NCBI GenBank assembly: GCA_964016885.1
Contig: OZ024740.1
Coordinates: 132,680,001-132,744,000, forward strand
Origin: Eledone cirrhosa
Taxonomy: Eukaryota
Length of the DNA stretch: 64,000 nt
Direction of reading: 5' to 3'
Shown here one piece after another: positions 50,635-63,963 of the stretch. The position numbers were made by a program, and so were the translations under genes. The notes beneath the pieces were generated by a model, which was not told the DNA's origin, made no database searches, and saw only the letters and a program-made list of their open reading frames with translations. Position 1 is the stretch's first letter, and each line of letters opens with the position of its first letter.

Positions 50635-51091
50635 ACTTTATTCCAGAGTAATCAAACCAACCTGCGTACTTCGGCGAGTGTTCCATCTGCATACTGAGGG
50701 GTCGGTAAACAACTAACATATACTCAAAAAGTATATATATATAAATGGAATAGAATGAAACGAAATTTCATTTCTTACATTTATAGTTTTCGGTGCGCCT
50801 GGCCGACTGAACTCACTCGATATGCAAATTAGGCTGCTCAGCCGTTAATTTTCATAATATATACTTTCGAACGTTCAACCATCTGGCAGAAAGGTATACG
50901 GTGCTGACGATAGCTAACAAGCTTGAAACTAGTACATCGTTCCTGTGTCAGTGTTGAACAAAAAGGTGACGTGGTTACCTAAACACTGTACGGCGTAAAT
51001 CAGGCTGTTCGTTTGTTTACAAACGAACAAAGCGAACATTATAATAAATGTTCGGTAAACTGATACGTGCATATATATATATGTGTGCCTG

Positions 51092-51130
<39 letters not shown>

Positions 51131-51178
51131 GCTACTGTACGTCTGTATACATATATGTATGTACGTATACATACATAC

Positions 51179-51226
<48 letters not shown>

Positions 51227-51227
51227 A

Positions 51228-52001
51228 CATGAGAAGAAAGAAGATTACTGCGTGGTTTGCACATGGGTTACATATGATGAAAATAGTCCTTCATCAGTGA
51301 TTTTACAACCATCATTGGTATTTCATCGCATTAAAAATCAGATACCTCAGGTTGGTGCGAGCAATAACTAAAAAAAGGTTATTGGGACCAGAATTCGCGT
51401 AAGGCGAGGGGGACAAGTAAACAACATAGAAGGATAAAAGCAAACCGAAGATAGGAAAATAAACAAGCAACATGGTTGTCCGGTCAGCATAATCTGGGTG
51501 GATTTCATGAGCGAGAGAGGTACAGACAGTGTTGATGTGTGTGAGATGTGAGCAAGAAGAGACCCACACAAGCTAAACGGGAGGAAGTGAGAAGGGGAGA
51601 GACAGAGAGTGTGTGAGTGGAAGTTTGAGGAAGTGGTCAGTCGAGAGAAAGTGTAACTGACAGAGGGAGCGAAAGAAGGTGAGAGAAACAGAGAGAGCGG
51701 GGAAGCAGTAAGAGAGAAACAGACAAACGCAGCCGAGGTAAATATATATAAAAAAACATTAGAAGAAAGAAGAATACTGCGTGGTTTGCACATGGGTTAT
51801 ATATGATAAAAATTGTCCTTCGTCAGTGATTTTCCAACCATCATTGGTATTTCATCGCATCAAAAATCAGATACCTCTGGTTGGTGCGAGCAATAACTAA
51901 AAAACGTTATTGGGACCAGAATTCGCGTAAGGTGAGGGGGACAAGTAAAGTACATAGAAGGATAAAAGCAAACCGAAGATAGGAAAATAAACAAGCAACA
52001 T

Positions 52002-52003
<2 letters not shown>
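51228..52003. repeat. ~529-bp tandem repeat (~1.5 units) related to the 632-bp satellite
   Basis: Shares ATGGGTTACATATGA..GTCCTTCATCAGTGAT..CAACCATCATTGGTATTTCATCGC..GGTTGGTGCGAGCAA..TTGGGAC. Between (AT)n tracts. Confidence 0.88.
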
Positions 52004-52066
<63 letters not shown>

Positions 52067-52070
<4 letters not shown>

Positions 52071-53402
52071 CAAACATCTATGTGTATGGCAAACGACTTG
52101 GAGTGGTTGATCAGTTTGTCTACCTGGGGAGCACTGTCAATCGATACGGCAACCTTGACAGTGAAATCTCACTTAGGATTAGGAAAGCAAGTGATGCTTT
52201 CGGAAAGCTAGAAAGGCGACTCTGGGGTCGGCGAGACATATTCAGGAGGACAAAGGTAAAGGTGTACAGGGCATGTGTGCTATCTTGTCTTCTTTATGCC
52301 TGCGAAACCTGGGTCACATATCGACACCACCTTAAGCAATTGGAGCGTTTCCATCAGATGTGTCTCAGACGGATCCATGGCGTTCACTGGAGGGACCACA
52401 TCAGTGATGTCGAGATTTTGGAGAGCTCTATGTGTGACAGTATAGAAGCTCTTGTGCTTAAGCAACGACTCCGTTGGAGTGGTCACCTTGCCAGTATGAA
52501 GGATTCTAGAATACCAAAACAACTCTTTTATGGAGAGTTGGTTAAAGGAAAACGACCGCCACATAAACCATAAAAGAGGTATAAGGATTCCTTGAAAGCC
52601 TCTCTGAAAGACGCTAACATATCTGCTGATACATGGGAGAATATTGCTGCTGATCGTAATAAATGGAGAAAGACTGTATATGAGGGAAAAGTTGCCTTTG
52701 AGGCATCTCGAATCGCATACGAGAAAGTAAAGCGGGATGTGAGGAAGGGCATTGCTGTTGCACTTCCAGACGGCGAGGGTCCTCCTATGGTGCTGACATG
52801 CAGCGTATGTGCGAGACTCTGCCTAAGCAAAGCTGGACTCGAAAGTCATCTTCGCAGTCATAAAGTAAGACCAGTGGTTGACTACCAGGCTGCTGTTGGA
52901 GATGCTACTCATGATGCTTGCCAAACATGTGGTAGAGATGTAAATCAGCAGGAGGGCTCAAGCGACATGCAAAAGTACACGAACTCCAACCACAGCCGAC
53001 TATTCCCAGTGAATGTTTTGGTTGCCGACTCTGTGCAAGACATTTTAGATCATTGGCTGGGCTAAAAAGCTACATTCGATCGCAGCGCTGTTAGTTGCTA
53101 TCGTGTGTGTGTGTGTAGATATGCTTATGTGTGTGCGTGTGTGTGTATATATATATGTATATGTATATTATTATTGTTGTTGTCGTTATTATTATTGTTG
53201 TTATTATTATTATTATTATTGTTATTAATGTATGTGTGTGTATATGTGTGTGTGAGTGTGTGTGTATGTGTGTGTGTATGTATATATATATATATATTTC
53301 TTTCTTTTATTTTTTTATTTTATTTTTATTTATTTATTATTTTTTTTTTTTTTCTTTCTCCTCGTGAAATGGCCATACTCGATAACGAGGGGGCAGCCAT
53401 CA
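52067..53402 (+). mobile_element. RTE-clade (BovB-like) LINE 3' fragment with C2H2 zinc-finger tail
   Basis: FVYLGS..RIRKASDAFGKL..TKVKVYRACVLSCLLYACETW..RLRWSGH..RIPKQLFYGEL, stop, KRYKDSLK, CSVCARLCLSKAGLESHLRSH and two further broken fingers. Confidence 0.88.
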
Positions 53403-53615
53403 TATATATATATATTAAGGTTTGAGGTTCACCACTGGATAGAGGTGGTCTATTTCGTATGGTCAATCGCAATGTAATAATATAGAGAGTACTCAACGTA
53501 AAGCAGTTCAACCGTCTTTGTTTTTGTAGTTGGTGGGGCTATTACGGAGTTAAATATTATAATGAAATGACAGGAGGCTGGATTTGTGTAAATCCTTGAA
53601 AGGTTTATTATACTA

Positions 53616-56377
53616 TGATCATTTCAATGACCGGGTTCCGTATGAATCCGGTGATATCATCAGGTATTCGAAATATAATACGTGAATGTAATAGATAAAA
53701 CCAATGGGTCTGGCCCATTGCTACTTCTCTCTCAGAATATTTGGACTTCGATGAAACTCTACGGATTATACCATAACATGTATTGTACTGCACTGTATTA
53801 ACTAAATTCGCTACCCTATACTTCTGGGCATGTATAACTCACACTGAATTCCTAGACTCGAACACACACTGATTCCATTTCCACATCTATATGCATTATC
53901 TGACTCAACTTAAACTATATTGTATTTCTCCTGTGTCTTGAACTCTCCATTTACTCCACTACCACTCTTGTCTGTTTATTTATATCTTTATATCTTTATT
54001 TGCTGTACTAATGCTTTTCCACGTATTCTACTTCTATACATCCATGTACTTTTTACTTCCCTTATTCGGACTTTTACTCGCGTGTACCCTTAGCACACGA
54101 CACTGGAATGTCTCCCCCTGGGAACTTAAATACTGCAACCTGAACTATATTGTACTTGTCCTATGTCTTGATTTCTCCATCTTACTCCAACACCACTCTT
54201 GTTGGTTTATTTACATATTTATATATTTATACCTTTGCTTTATCAATGTGCTTTTCCACGTATTCCACTTCTATGTATCCATGTACTTCTACTCCTCCTA
54301 TTGGGACTTTTGCTCACTTGTACCCATTAGCACACGAAACTACAATGTCTCCCCCTGAGAACAAAAATAAATATTACCCGACTATATCCCTTACTCTACA
54401 TCCCACTAGGATAAATTATAGATCCACATAATCCAATTAACGTTTCTTCATAAAAGACTCTCTTTAATTAAACCCCGCAACCCAAATCCTTAAAAAAGTT
54501 TTTTTAAATGTTTAATTTTCAATTTTCTGTTTGTTCAATCCTCAATCTCTTACTCTTTAATTTTATAATGTTATTCTGAATTCTTTCAACTTCATCCTAT
54601 ACATTTAAACAATATTTTAACGTTCCAACTTTCTGTCGGACTGTTGGGTGGGTTTTACTGGCGGCGGGACCGGCCCCCTGGCGCATGGGCCTACCTTGAG
54701 TGCTTGGAAAAATAAATTTCCCCTTCTTTCGGTAAATGAAACTACTCGGAGTGGCTTAATTCGCACCGGGCCCCGGCGCGCGGCCGGTATTTTAACCGCC
54801 ACATAGTACCTTTAAATTACAGATCAAATCAGAACTATTAGATATATCAACCTTAAAATGTTAAACTGTTTAACTCTAAATTTTCTAATTTCTTTAATAT
54901 TAAATATTAATTATTAATTTTTAACTTCATCCTATAATTCTAAACAAAAACGTAACGTTCCAATCTTCTGCTCACACATTATAACACACTGACCCCCACT
55001 ATATTTACCTCTGCTAAGATACGAGTCCCTGTGAACATTTTTTCGCGCCACTCCTGGCCTGACTGTAGTCTGACATTAATATCGACCTTTCTTCCTCTTT
55101 CTTCTTGTAGCCATCAACCCTGACTTTTCTCTTTCTTCCTTTTAATTAACGTTTCTTCACAAAAGACTCTCTTTAACTAAACCCCGCAACCCAAAACCTT
55201 AAAAAAGTTTTTTTAAATGTTTAATTTTCAATTTTCTGTTTGTTCAATACTCAATCTTCTTACACTTTGATTTTATAATGTTATTGTGAATTCTTTCAAC
55301 TTCATCCTATAAATTTAAACAGTATTTTAACGTTCCAACTTTCTGTCGGGCTGTTGGGTGGGTTTTCCTGGCGGCGGGACCGGCCCCCTGGCGCATGGGC
55401 CTACCTTGAGTGCTTGGAAAAATAAATTTCCCCTTCTTTCGGTAAATGAAACTACTCGGAGTGGCCTGATTCACCCCAGGGGGCCCGGAGCGTGGCCGGT
55501 TTTTTAACCGACACATAGTACCTTTAAATTACGGATCAAATCAGAACTATTGGATATATCAACCTTAAAATGTTAAACTGTTTAACTTTGAATTTTCTAA
55601 TTCCTTTGATATTGAATATTGATTATTAATCTTTAACTTCATCCTATAAGTCTAAACAAAAACGTAACGTTCCAATCTTCTGCTCACACATGATAACACA
55701 CTGACCCCCACTATATTTACCTCTGCTAAGATACGGGTCCCTGTGAACATTGTTTCGCGCCACTCCTGGCCTGACTGTAGTCTGACATTAATATCGACCT
55801 TTCTTCCTCTTTCTTTCTATCTTCCTTCTTGTAGCCATCAACCCTGACTTTTCTACTTCTTCCTTTTCTTCCTTCTTTCTGTCTTCCTCCCGCAGACTTA
55901 TATTCCTTCCCCTTTTTGTTTGCCTATATTTGACCGGTAGTAGCTGTTTAGATACGGGTCCCGTAGAATAAAAACATTTCTTCGCGACAATCCTGGCCTG
56001 ACTGTAATACCGACCTTTCCTCCCCTTTCTTTCTGTCTTTCTTCTTATAGCTGACATTAACCCTGGCTTCTCTTCTTCTTCCTTCCCCCTTTTCTCTTCT
56101 TCCTTTCTTTCTTTCTTTTTTCTTGTGGCATGAGATTAACGCTAACTCATGTACCCATCCCTTTCTGTTTTCCTTTATCTGACCGGTAGTAGCACACTGT
56201 AAGCTTTAGCCACGTCACTCGAGGGCGACCGGCTAAGGTAGAAGGTGCTGGATAGCGGTCGCCCTCGAGTCCTCGATTTTCAGCCCCATGGATTTTATCT
56301 ATTACATTCACGTATTATATTTCGAATACCTGATGATATCACCGGATTCATACGGAACCCGGTCATTGAAATGATCA
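53616..56377. mobile_element. Non-coding element with ~90-bp inverted ends (family X, copy 2)
   Basis: 53616-53707 mirrors 56287-56377. Internal tandem duplications of ~230 bp (53913/54143) and ~709 bp (54435/55144). Confidence 0.75.
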
Positions 56378-56378
56378 A

Positions 56379-56446
<68 letters not shown>

Positions 56447-56607
56447 TAAAATATTAAACAAATATATAAATATATTCATACATATATATATATATATATG
56501 TATGTATGAATATATTTATATATGTATATATATGTATATATATATGGATGTATTTGTATATGTGTGTGTGTGTATGTATATATAAAATGTTTGTATATAA
56601 ATATATG

Positions 56608-57047
<440 letters not shown>

Positions 57048-57130
57048 TCACACTCTGCTCTGTAAGAATATTGAGTGCCAATTTTGGCATACCGCCTATG
57101 GAAGCACCATAGCTACCATTATACACACGT

Positions 57131-57205
<75 letters not shown>

Positions 57206-57691
57206 CATTATATTATATTATATATATATATATAATATTACATTATATTATATTATATATATATATATATATAATATTACATTATATTATATTATATTAC
57301 ATTATATTTGGGATTTTGTCAAGTTTGAATGCATTCTAATTGCTAGATGCTGATTGTATTGTTGTGGTGGCAAATATTGTGATTCTATTATATTTTTCAG
57401 TTTCATTTGTATTCTAAGCCAGACATCTATTACACACCTCCGTTTCATATCTTTTCGTTATCGTCCATTACGTGTGTTCGTGGAACTACATTTTATGTAG
57501 TTGACGGGTACATTTTAATTTTAATTTCAAATTAATGTTTACCCGCTTGGATGAATTATTCTAGGATTTCTTTTTTTCTTAAATGATGACTAAGTTTATT
57601 GCTATGTAGTATTACCTCGATATTTGGTTATATAATATTTTTCTTTTAAATGGTTGGTGTACCCCGAGTTTTTTTTTCTTTTATCAATTTA

Positions 57692-58665
57692 CTAGCAGTA
57701 AAACCCGGCGTTGCTCGGGGTCGCTCAGTAGCTGTGTTAAAGTTACAATGTTAAGTTTCTTTTTTGGCTTAAAAACTGTAGTGTCTACTGTGCAGACTTG
57801 CATGTGGTGTTTTTGATTAATATTCCCTCAACCAACAATATGCCTTATGAAGTTAAGAAAACATAACGATAACCCGAATGTTATAACAAAAGAGGATGCT
57901 GGGGATAAAAACTGCACTGGTTATTTATTAACAAAGATCGAAAATGTAAACACTGCAACGCAGAGAAAAACATTAGCGTAACCAAATTATCAGTTATGTC
58001 TGTCTGCACGCCTATATCACCTCTCTGCACGACTGTCTGTCTGCACGCCTATATCACCTCTCTGCACGACTGTCTGTCTGCACGCGTATATCAACTCTCT
58101 GCACGACTGTCTGTCTGCACGCCTATATCACCTCTCTGCACGACTGTCTGTCTGCACGCCTATATCACCTCTCTGCACGACTGTCTGTCTGCACGCGTAT
58201 ATCACCTCTCTGCACGACTGTCTGTCTGCACGACTGTCTGTCTGCACGCCTAACGAAATTTACAGATACATATATTTTAAATAAACTTATATAATTTTTG
58301 CTTTTTTTTACGAAATATTTGCTTGTTTTACGTAGTCTTTAAATAGACTTGTTTTCAAGTAAAAATATTGTTTTAAAAGGCTAACGCTGAGAAAGCCAGC
58401 GTAATTTTTTTTATTTTTGCATGCAGACGCTCAATGTAAACAGAACAAAGGGAAATAACTGATCACTTACGCTCAAAAATCGATACATTATATTCGATTT
58501 CGTCAGATAGGGCGGGTCAATTTGAAATTTCTTTTTTCCGATGTCTTCGCTAGGGCTCAATGTACAAGTATAGCAATTTCGGTGCAATTCCGTGAGAGAT
58601 TCTAAGAGGAGATGTGTGCCAAAAATCGATAGACAGACAGACAACCTCAGTTTTATATATATAGA
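57692..58665 (-). mobile_element. Non-autonomous Helitron
   Basis: Minus strand begins A|TCTATATATATAAAA and ends with hairpin CCCGAGCAACGCCGGG + TTTTACTG-CTAG|T: canonical TC/CTAG ends in an AT target. Confidence 0.85.
57997..58251. repeat. 37-bp minisatellite inside the Helitron
   Basis: TGTCTGTCTGCACGCCTATATCACCTCTCTGCACGAC x ~6.5. Confidence 0.95.
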
Positions 58666-59822
58666 TTACAATATATTCCATTTCCAGTTTGTATAACCTC
58701 CGTAGGCTATGTTTTTCTGTAACGATGACGACGCCTGTTTAAGATAATATATATATATATATAGTCAGTAAATTTAGCCTATTCTACAGGTTTAAGCGGA
58801 AATAATGTTTTTGGCGTTCCCCGAAATATTTGTTTCCGCTATTTGTATACTTACACATAGTGAAGGTATTTATTTTCTTTCATTTGCATTTATTGCAGTG
58901 ATCATGTATATTTTCATAATATTTTGTTGGTGTATTTCTCCTTGATATTTCATAATGATTTATATTTGGTCGCATTTATAAAGTATAGAGCACATTGCTA
59001 TGTAGATAGTTATTCGCATTTTTTTATAATTTCTTCTATCCTTCTATTCAAAATGAATATTGCTTTGCTACCTTCAATTGTCTCAGAGCACATCTACTGT
59101 GCATGTATTGTTTACTGTTGTATTACTTTGTCTGTGTTGTCAAGGTTAAAATATCTCGTGTTTTCTCGAGTGTGTATTGCTTTTATGGCCTTATTTTATT
59201 TTTGTGTGAGGTCCTTCATTTATTGCCCCTAAATACTTTATCTGTGGGCGACTTGTGCTATATCGGTTTTTAAATAGCCGTACATTTATTAATACTGACT
59301 GGTTGTATTTCATTGACGTTATATTTTCTTTGCCGAATTCAACCCCTATTTTCCATAATACTGAAAGTTGCTTATAGTAAGGTCATGGAGTTGTATAATT
59401 CTAATATTTCTGACTATTGTTCTGGGATCAATCCTTCTGTTGTAATTATATTTTATTTTAATGAAAAGCATTAAGAAACCAGCCTCTCTTATGCTTAATC
59501 TTCGTAAGACAATAGGAAGTCTGACTGATGCCTCTAGTTTATTATTTCGATTTCTTAAATTTGTAGTTATAGCTATGGTATTTCATAAAGCCAATATGAA
59601 AAGAATAAGAAACAATTAATCGCCCAACATGTGAAATTCTTCCGAGACAAGTTACATATATATATCATTGAGATTGTGACTTACAGACGACCAGTTATCC
59701 CTCCCCGTATAAAATCAAGATTATGTGTTGTAAACATATTCATTGTTATATTTATCGTTTTTGTTGCTTATGACAATTGAGTCATAGAAAACGAAATATG
59801 GCAAAAGAAAAACGAAATGCGG

Positions 59823-59872
<50 letters not shown>

Positions 59873-60488
59873 GGGTATAAGTATCGTAAGAGAGGAGGAA
59901 ACAGAGAGGTACAGAGAGGTGTGATACAGATTACTAAATACTAATTCTTGAGTTAAATATTAGAGGAAGTTAATATTTAGCGTATAGTTTAAGCTGACCA
60001 GGAATAAGCAAATGAATGAATGAAGGAGTTACAAGCCGTTAGAACAAATTCTTTATATAGCTCCTACACATGTTTCGCACATATGAATTATTCGGAGAGA
60101 TAATTGTTTATATAATGACATCAATAAGTATAGATACCGTTGAAATTATTACTCCAGCTTCACAACAACCTGCATTATAAGCGAAAAAATGTAAACACAA
60201 TGCCGTCGGTGGAAGAGGCATAATCCACTAAGGGAGGTAACTGTACGGTGCTAGGCCGCAAATTGCCCTAAAGTTTATTTTAACCTATCCCGGGAAGGTT
60301 TAGCAGGGTGAGTCTATCTAAGTAGATGATATGCACTGCCTCAGTAGAAATCCGATGGTTGATTGATAGCGTCATTAGACACTGCGGTTTGGCCTACCTA
60401 CTGAAGGTGGACTAAGTTGTGGTACGATGCAGAAAGCTGTGGAGATAGGATGTTATTACGGTTCGGGAGATCACCTGTAGAACGAGTG

Positions 60489-61007
60489 CTATAGTCTGTG
60501 GGCGCAATTGATGACCGTTTCAACCCGACTATTAATGAGTTCCTGGGGTGCTTTCTCTATATAGTATGTTTCCATTAAGCAGAGCTGGCAATTTTTCTTG
60601 AAATTATATAGGGTTGTTTGGTTAACAATTTTCCATTGTGTGGTGTAGCTAATGTTAGATTGAGTTAATTGAGTAATATAATTAGCGAGGGAGGTAGAGA
60701 ATCTGAGTTTCTTATTTCTAAAGGAGTGGAGATTCGATCTAAATCTAGTCTTGAACTCATTAGAAGTGGCGCCTATGTATGGCCTAGTGATATTATAACT
60801 CGTCACAGTGCATTTGTAGATTACGTTTCTAATCGAGCAGTGACACTGGAGTGGACAGTTGTTGGGGTTTTGGCAATTGCAATGTTTTTTTTTGTTGCTA
60901 TTTCTAATGTGGTGAGATTCGCTGCTATCATTACTACTATCATTACCACCATCACCATTGTCGTCATTGCTGCGTTTGGCATTATTACAGTTATAGTTTC
61001 GCAACAT
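60489..61007 (-). CDS. GIY-YIG endonuclease of a Hydra-like PLE (probably a fragment)
   Basis: CNC..CPL..C..NVIYKC..YIGATSNEFKTR..CQLCLME..LINSR..CAH, homologous to 25599-25982 and preceded by an N/D/S-rich linker. Confidence 0.75.
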   Translation of the reverse strand: MLRNYNCNNAKRSNDDNGDGGNDSSNDSSESHHIRNSNKKKHCNCQNPNNCPLQCHCSIRNVIYKCTVTSYNITRPYIGATSNEFKTRFRSNLHSFRNKKLRFSTSLANYITQLTQSNISYTTQWKIVNQTTLYNFKKNCQLCLMETYYIEKAPQELINSRVETVINCAHRL

Positions 61008-62892
61008 GGCGTTGTTTCTGTTGTTCCTGTTATGGCCCCTTCAACAGCTGTTATTATCGCTGCTATGGTTCCTAACTTGGTCACCAGTTCTACGTTCAAA
61101 TGTCTCCGGTGACGGCAGTAATTTTCATATTTTCGGTGAATAAAATAAGTACCACGATTCGATAAAATTGCATAAATGCGTAGCTGCTTAGCATGAAATC
61201 GTAATTGTCATCACTAAATTCGTCTGACCTTCTCCTCACCACCACCATCCTCATTGTCATTGTTAACATTATCCTTATTGTTTATGACTCCGTTGGTGTT
61301 GTGCCAGCTGCATTTTGATGAGCCTTTAAATAATTCATGTAAGACTGAACTACGCAGTTTTATAGTATAATAAAAGTGCCATCTTTCTTTTCATTTGGTC
61401 TATATATGTTCTATGGTCGATACGATGAAATATACTTCTCAGTTATAAATATGTATTCCCATGCTAATATAAGAAACTTTGATTTATACCTTATCCCTTT
61501 TTTTTCCTTTTAAACGGGGATTTGTAAATCAATTAAATTATTTAATGAGAATATGGGTCGATATTACACACATTTAATTAGTCAATAATGTATTTTCAAT
61601 TGAAGTTGGAATTATTTTCGGTCAATTATGTATTTTCAAATGAATTCTGCCAGTGCTGCAGGACCATGGAAACGATATATATCTGTATTTTGGTGAATTC
61701 CTAGTTCAAGTACTTCTGTGGACATGGTCTCACTTTTTCTCTCTCATCCTTTGGCTACAAGTTTAGTGATGACAATATGGAGTCTATATATTGTATCTAG
61801 CTGTTAGACATATTAGCCAAATATTACTCAAATAATCTATAACGATTCAAAAAGGACAGATGATTATATGTGGCGAGATACACTGCATATAAAAAATGAA
61901 AGCTTATGGTTTACTTGATTACATTTGAGCTATGGCTAAACAGCAATATTTCTGATGCAACGAACATTCAGTGCGGAGAAATAATAATGTTTACAACAAA
62001 AATTACTTTTCTGGTACTTGTCTCATTTCGTTATGTTTCATATTATTTATTCTTTTTAACGTTGGATTGGGTGTTTTAATCCCCCATCTCATCAACCCGT
62101 AATTACTTTCGATATTATCACCAGCATTATTGCAAAACATTTACGCCATGCGTTCACGGTGTGCGATAAATTAAACTGATATCATCTTCTAAGGTGTTAA
62201 ATTTATATATTTGTATATGCATATTTCAACGTGTCTTAATGGGACATGGACTTACAGGGATAATGTGTAAATAATTCTTCAAGCCATTGTAAATAAAATT
62301 GACTGTGGCAATGTTATGACCCAAAGGGTAGAAAAGATTACAAATTATGATAAACAAGTAAAAGAATAGATACTTTTAAAACATGAATTCAATGAAATCA
62401 AAAATAAATTGAAACAATTATGATAAATTAAATAGATAGAAGTATCTATTCAAATTGCAAATAAAATATGCCTGCTATGATTTATTTTTCAAACACACGT
62501 AGATCCGAGTTTTCCACTTAGATTTTTGGAGGAAGCAATTGATTTTCGTTTTTACGCTTTGTATAGGCAACATCTTATGTAAATATTTACTTTTTTTCAT
62601 TAAATTTCGGATTTTTATGACATATATCCATATATATTATGTGAAGTGCTACAAAGATTTTATGGTTCATTTCGAAACAACGAAGGGGGAAATAGATTTT
62701 TATTGCCAACTCATCTGAGAGAGGGATTAAATTGTGAGATTTTATATTGTTTTCACTTTATCATTTCCATCTAAGTGCTAGATATTGATATTAATATTAC
62801 TTTTTATATGAGGGATATTACACATACTAATAGCCTTATTATTATCATTATTATTATTTATTATTATCATTATTATTATTATTTTTATTATT

Positions 62893-63950
62893 ACAGTTGG
62901 ATTTATCTTGCTTTATGTTCATACGAGTTATCACCAAGTCACAACCAGTGATCTCAAGAGACAACAAGGGCCGCCATGTTCAAGAAAGAACATACATTCA
63001 CACACATGCATCTTTAGGTGTTTAGACTTGTGATGTACTTATATTGACTTAATTTTCCTTAGTATATGGGCAGTTCCCATTAGTATTATCTTTTGTATTT
63101 CTCCTATACGCGGGTTTCCTGGGATTTGCGATAAGTAATCATTAGCCCCCATAGGTACAATTCCTAGAGCGCCTACAACCACTGGTATTATTTTAGTTCT
63201 CAATTTCTACATTTTTCCATTTTCTATCTCCAAGTCCTTATACTTGCTCAATTTTTCAAATGTTTTTATAGATACATTCTTGTCCATTGGAACGGACATA
63301 TCAATTAGCAGGTATAATCTCTTTTTAAAGTCCTTCAGTATTATATCAGGTCTATTTGCATCTATTTTTTGGTCTGTTTGGATGCTAAAGTTCCACAATA
63401 TTGAGATGTGATCGTTTTGAAGTACGGGAGGTGGTTGATGCTCTCACCAATTCTTTTGATGGGGCAGGTCAAAATGCTTACACATTATCCAATGTATGTA
63501 TTGTGCAGCTCTGTCATGCCTGTTTAAGTATTCGGTTGGAGCTATAGGACTGCACATTGAAATTATATGGTCAATGGTCTCTGGTCGTTTTTTACATACA
63601 CGGCATAATGGGTGGCATCGACTTTTTAATATGTTGGCTTGGTAATTTTTTGTTGGCAGACACTGATCTTGTGCTGATATAATCAGTCGTTCAGTCTCTG
63701 ATTTCATTCCAGAGGATGCCAACCACTGATGGGTTAAAGTTTTGTCAACATCAGGATCGTTATTTCTTTCTGGGTATTTTCCACACGAAGGCTTTTCTTG
63801 CCATTTATTAGCGAGTTTCTGTACCAGTTCTTTCTTTGCAATTACTTTTATCTGATGTGCTTTTTCTGTGTTTTTCATTTCAGCAGTAAATGGAACTTCT
63901 TAAATGTGTAGTCCATTACTGTATCTGTGTACATCTTTTGTAATGGTCTA
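62893..63950 (-). mobile_element. 5'-truncated R4/Dong-type element, family B
   Basis: AQDQCL..CRVCKKRPETIDHIISMC..RHD..NRPDIILKD..LIDMSVP..EKLSKYKDL, with stops and frameshifts. (TTA)n flanks. Confidence 0.88.
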
Positions 63951-63963
63951 TTATTATTATTAT

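Noticed and set aside
58900-59600. Possible ancient LINE remnant on the minus strand (IKYLG motif)
   Set aside because: Only one short motif amid many stops. It cannot be supported without a profile search.
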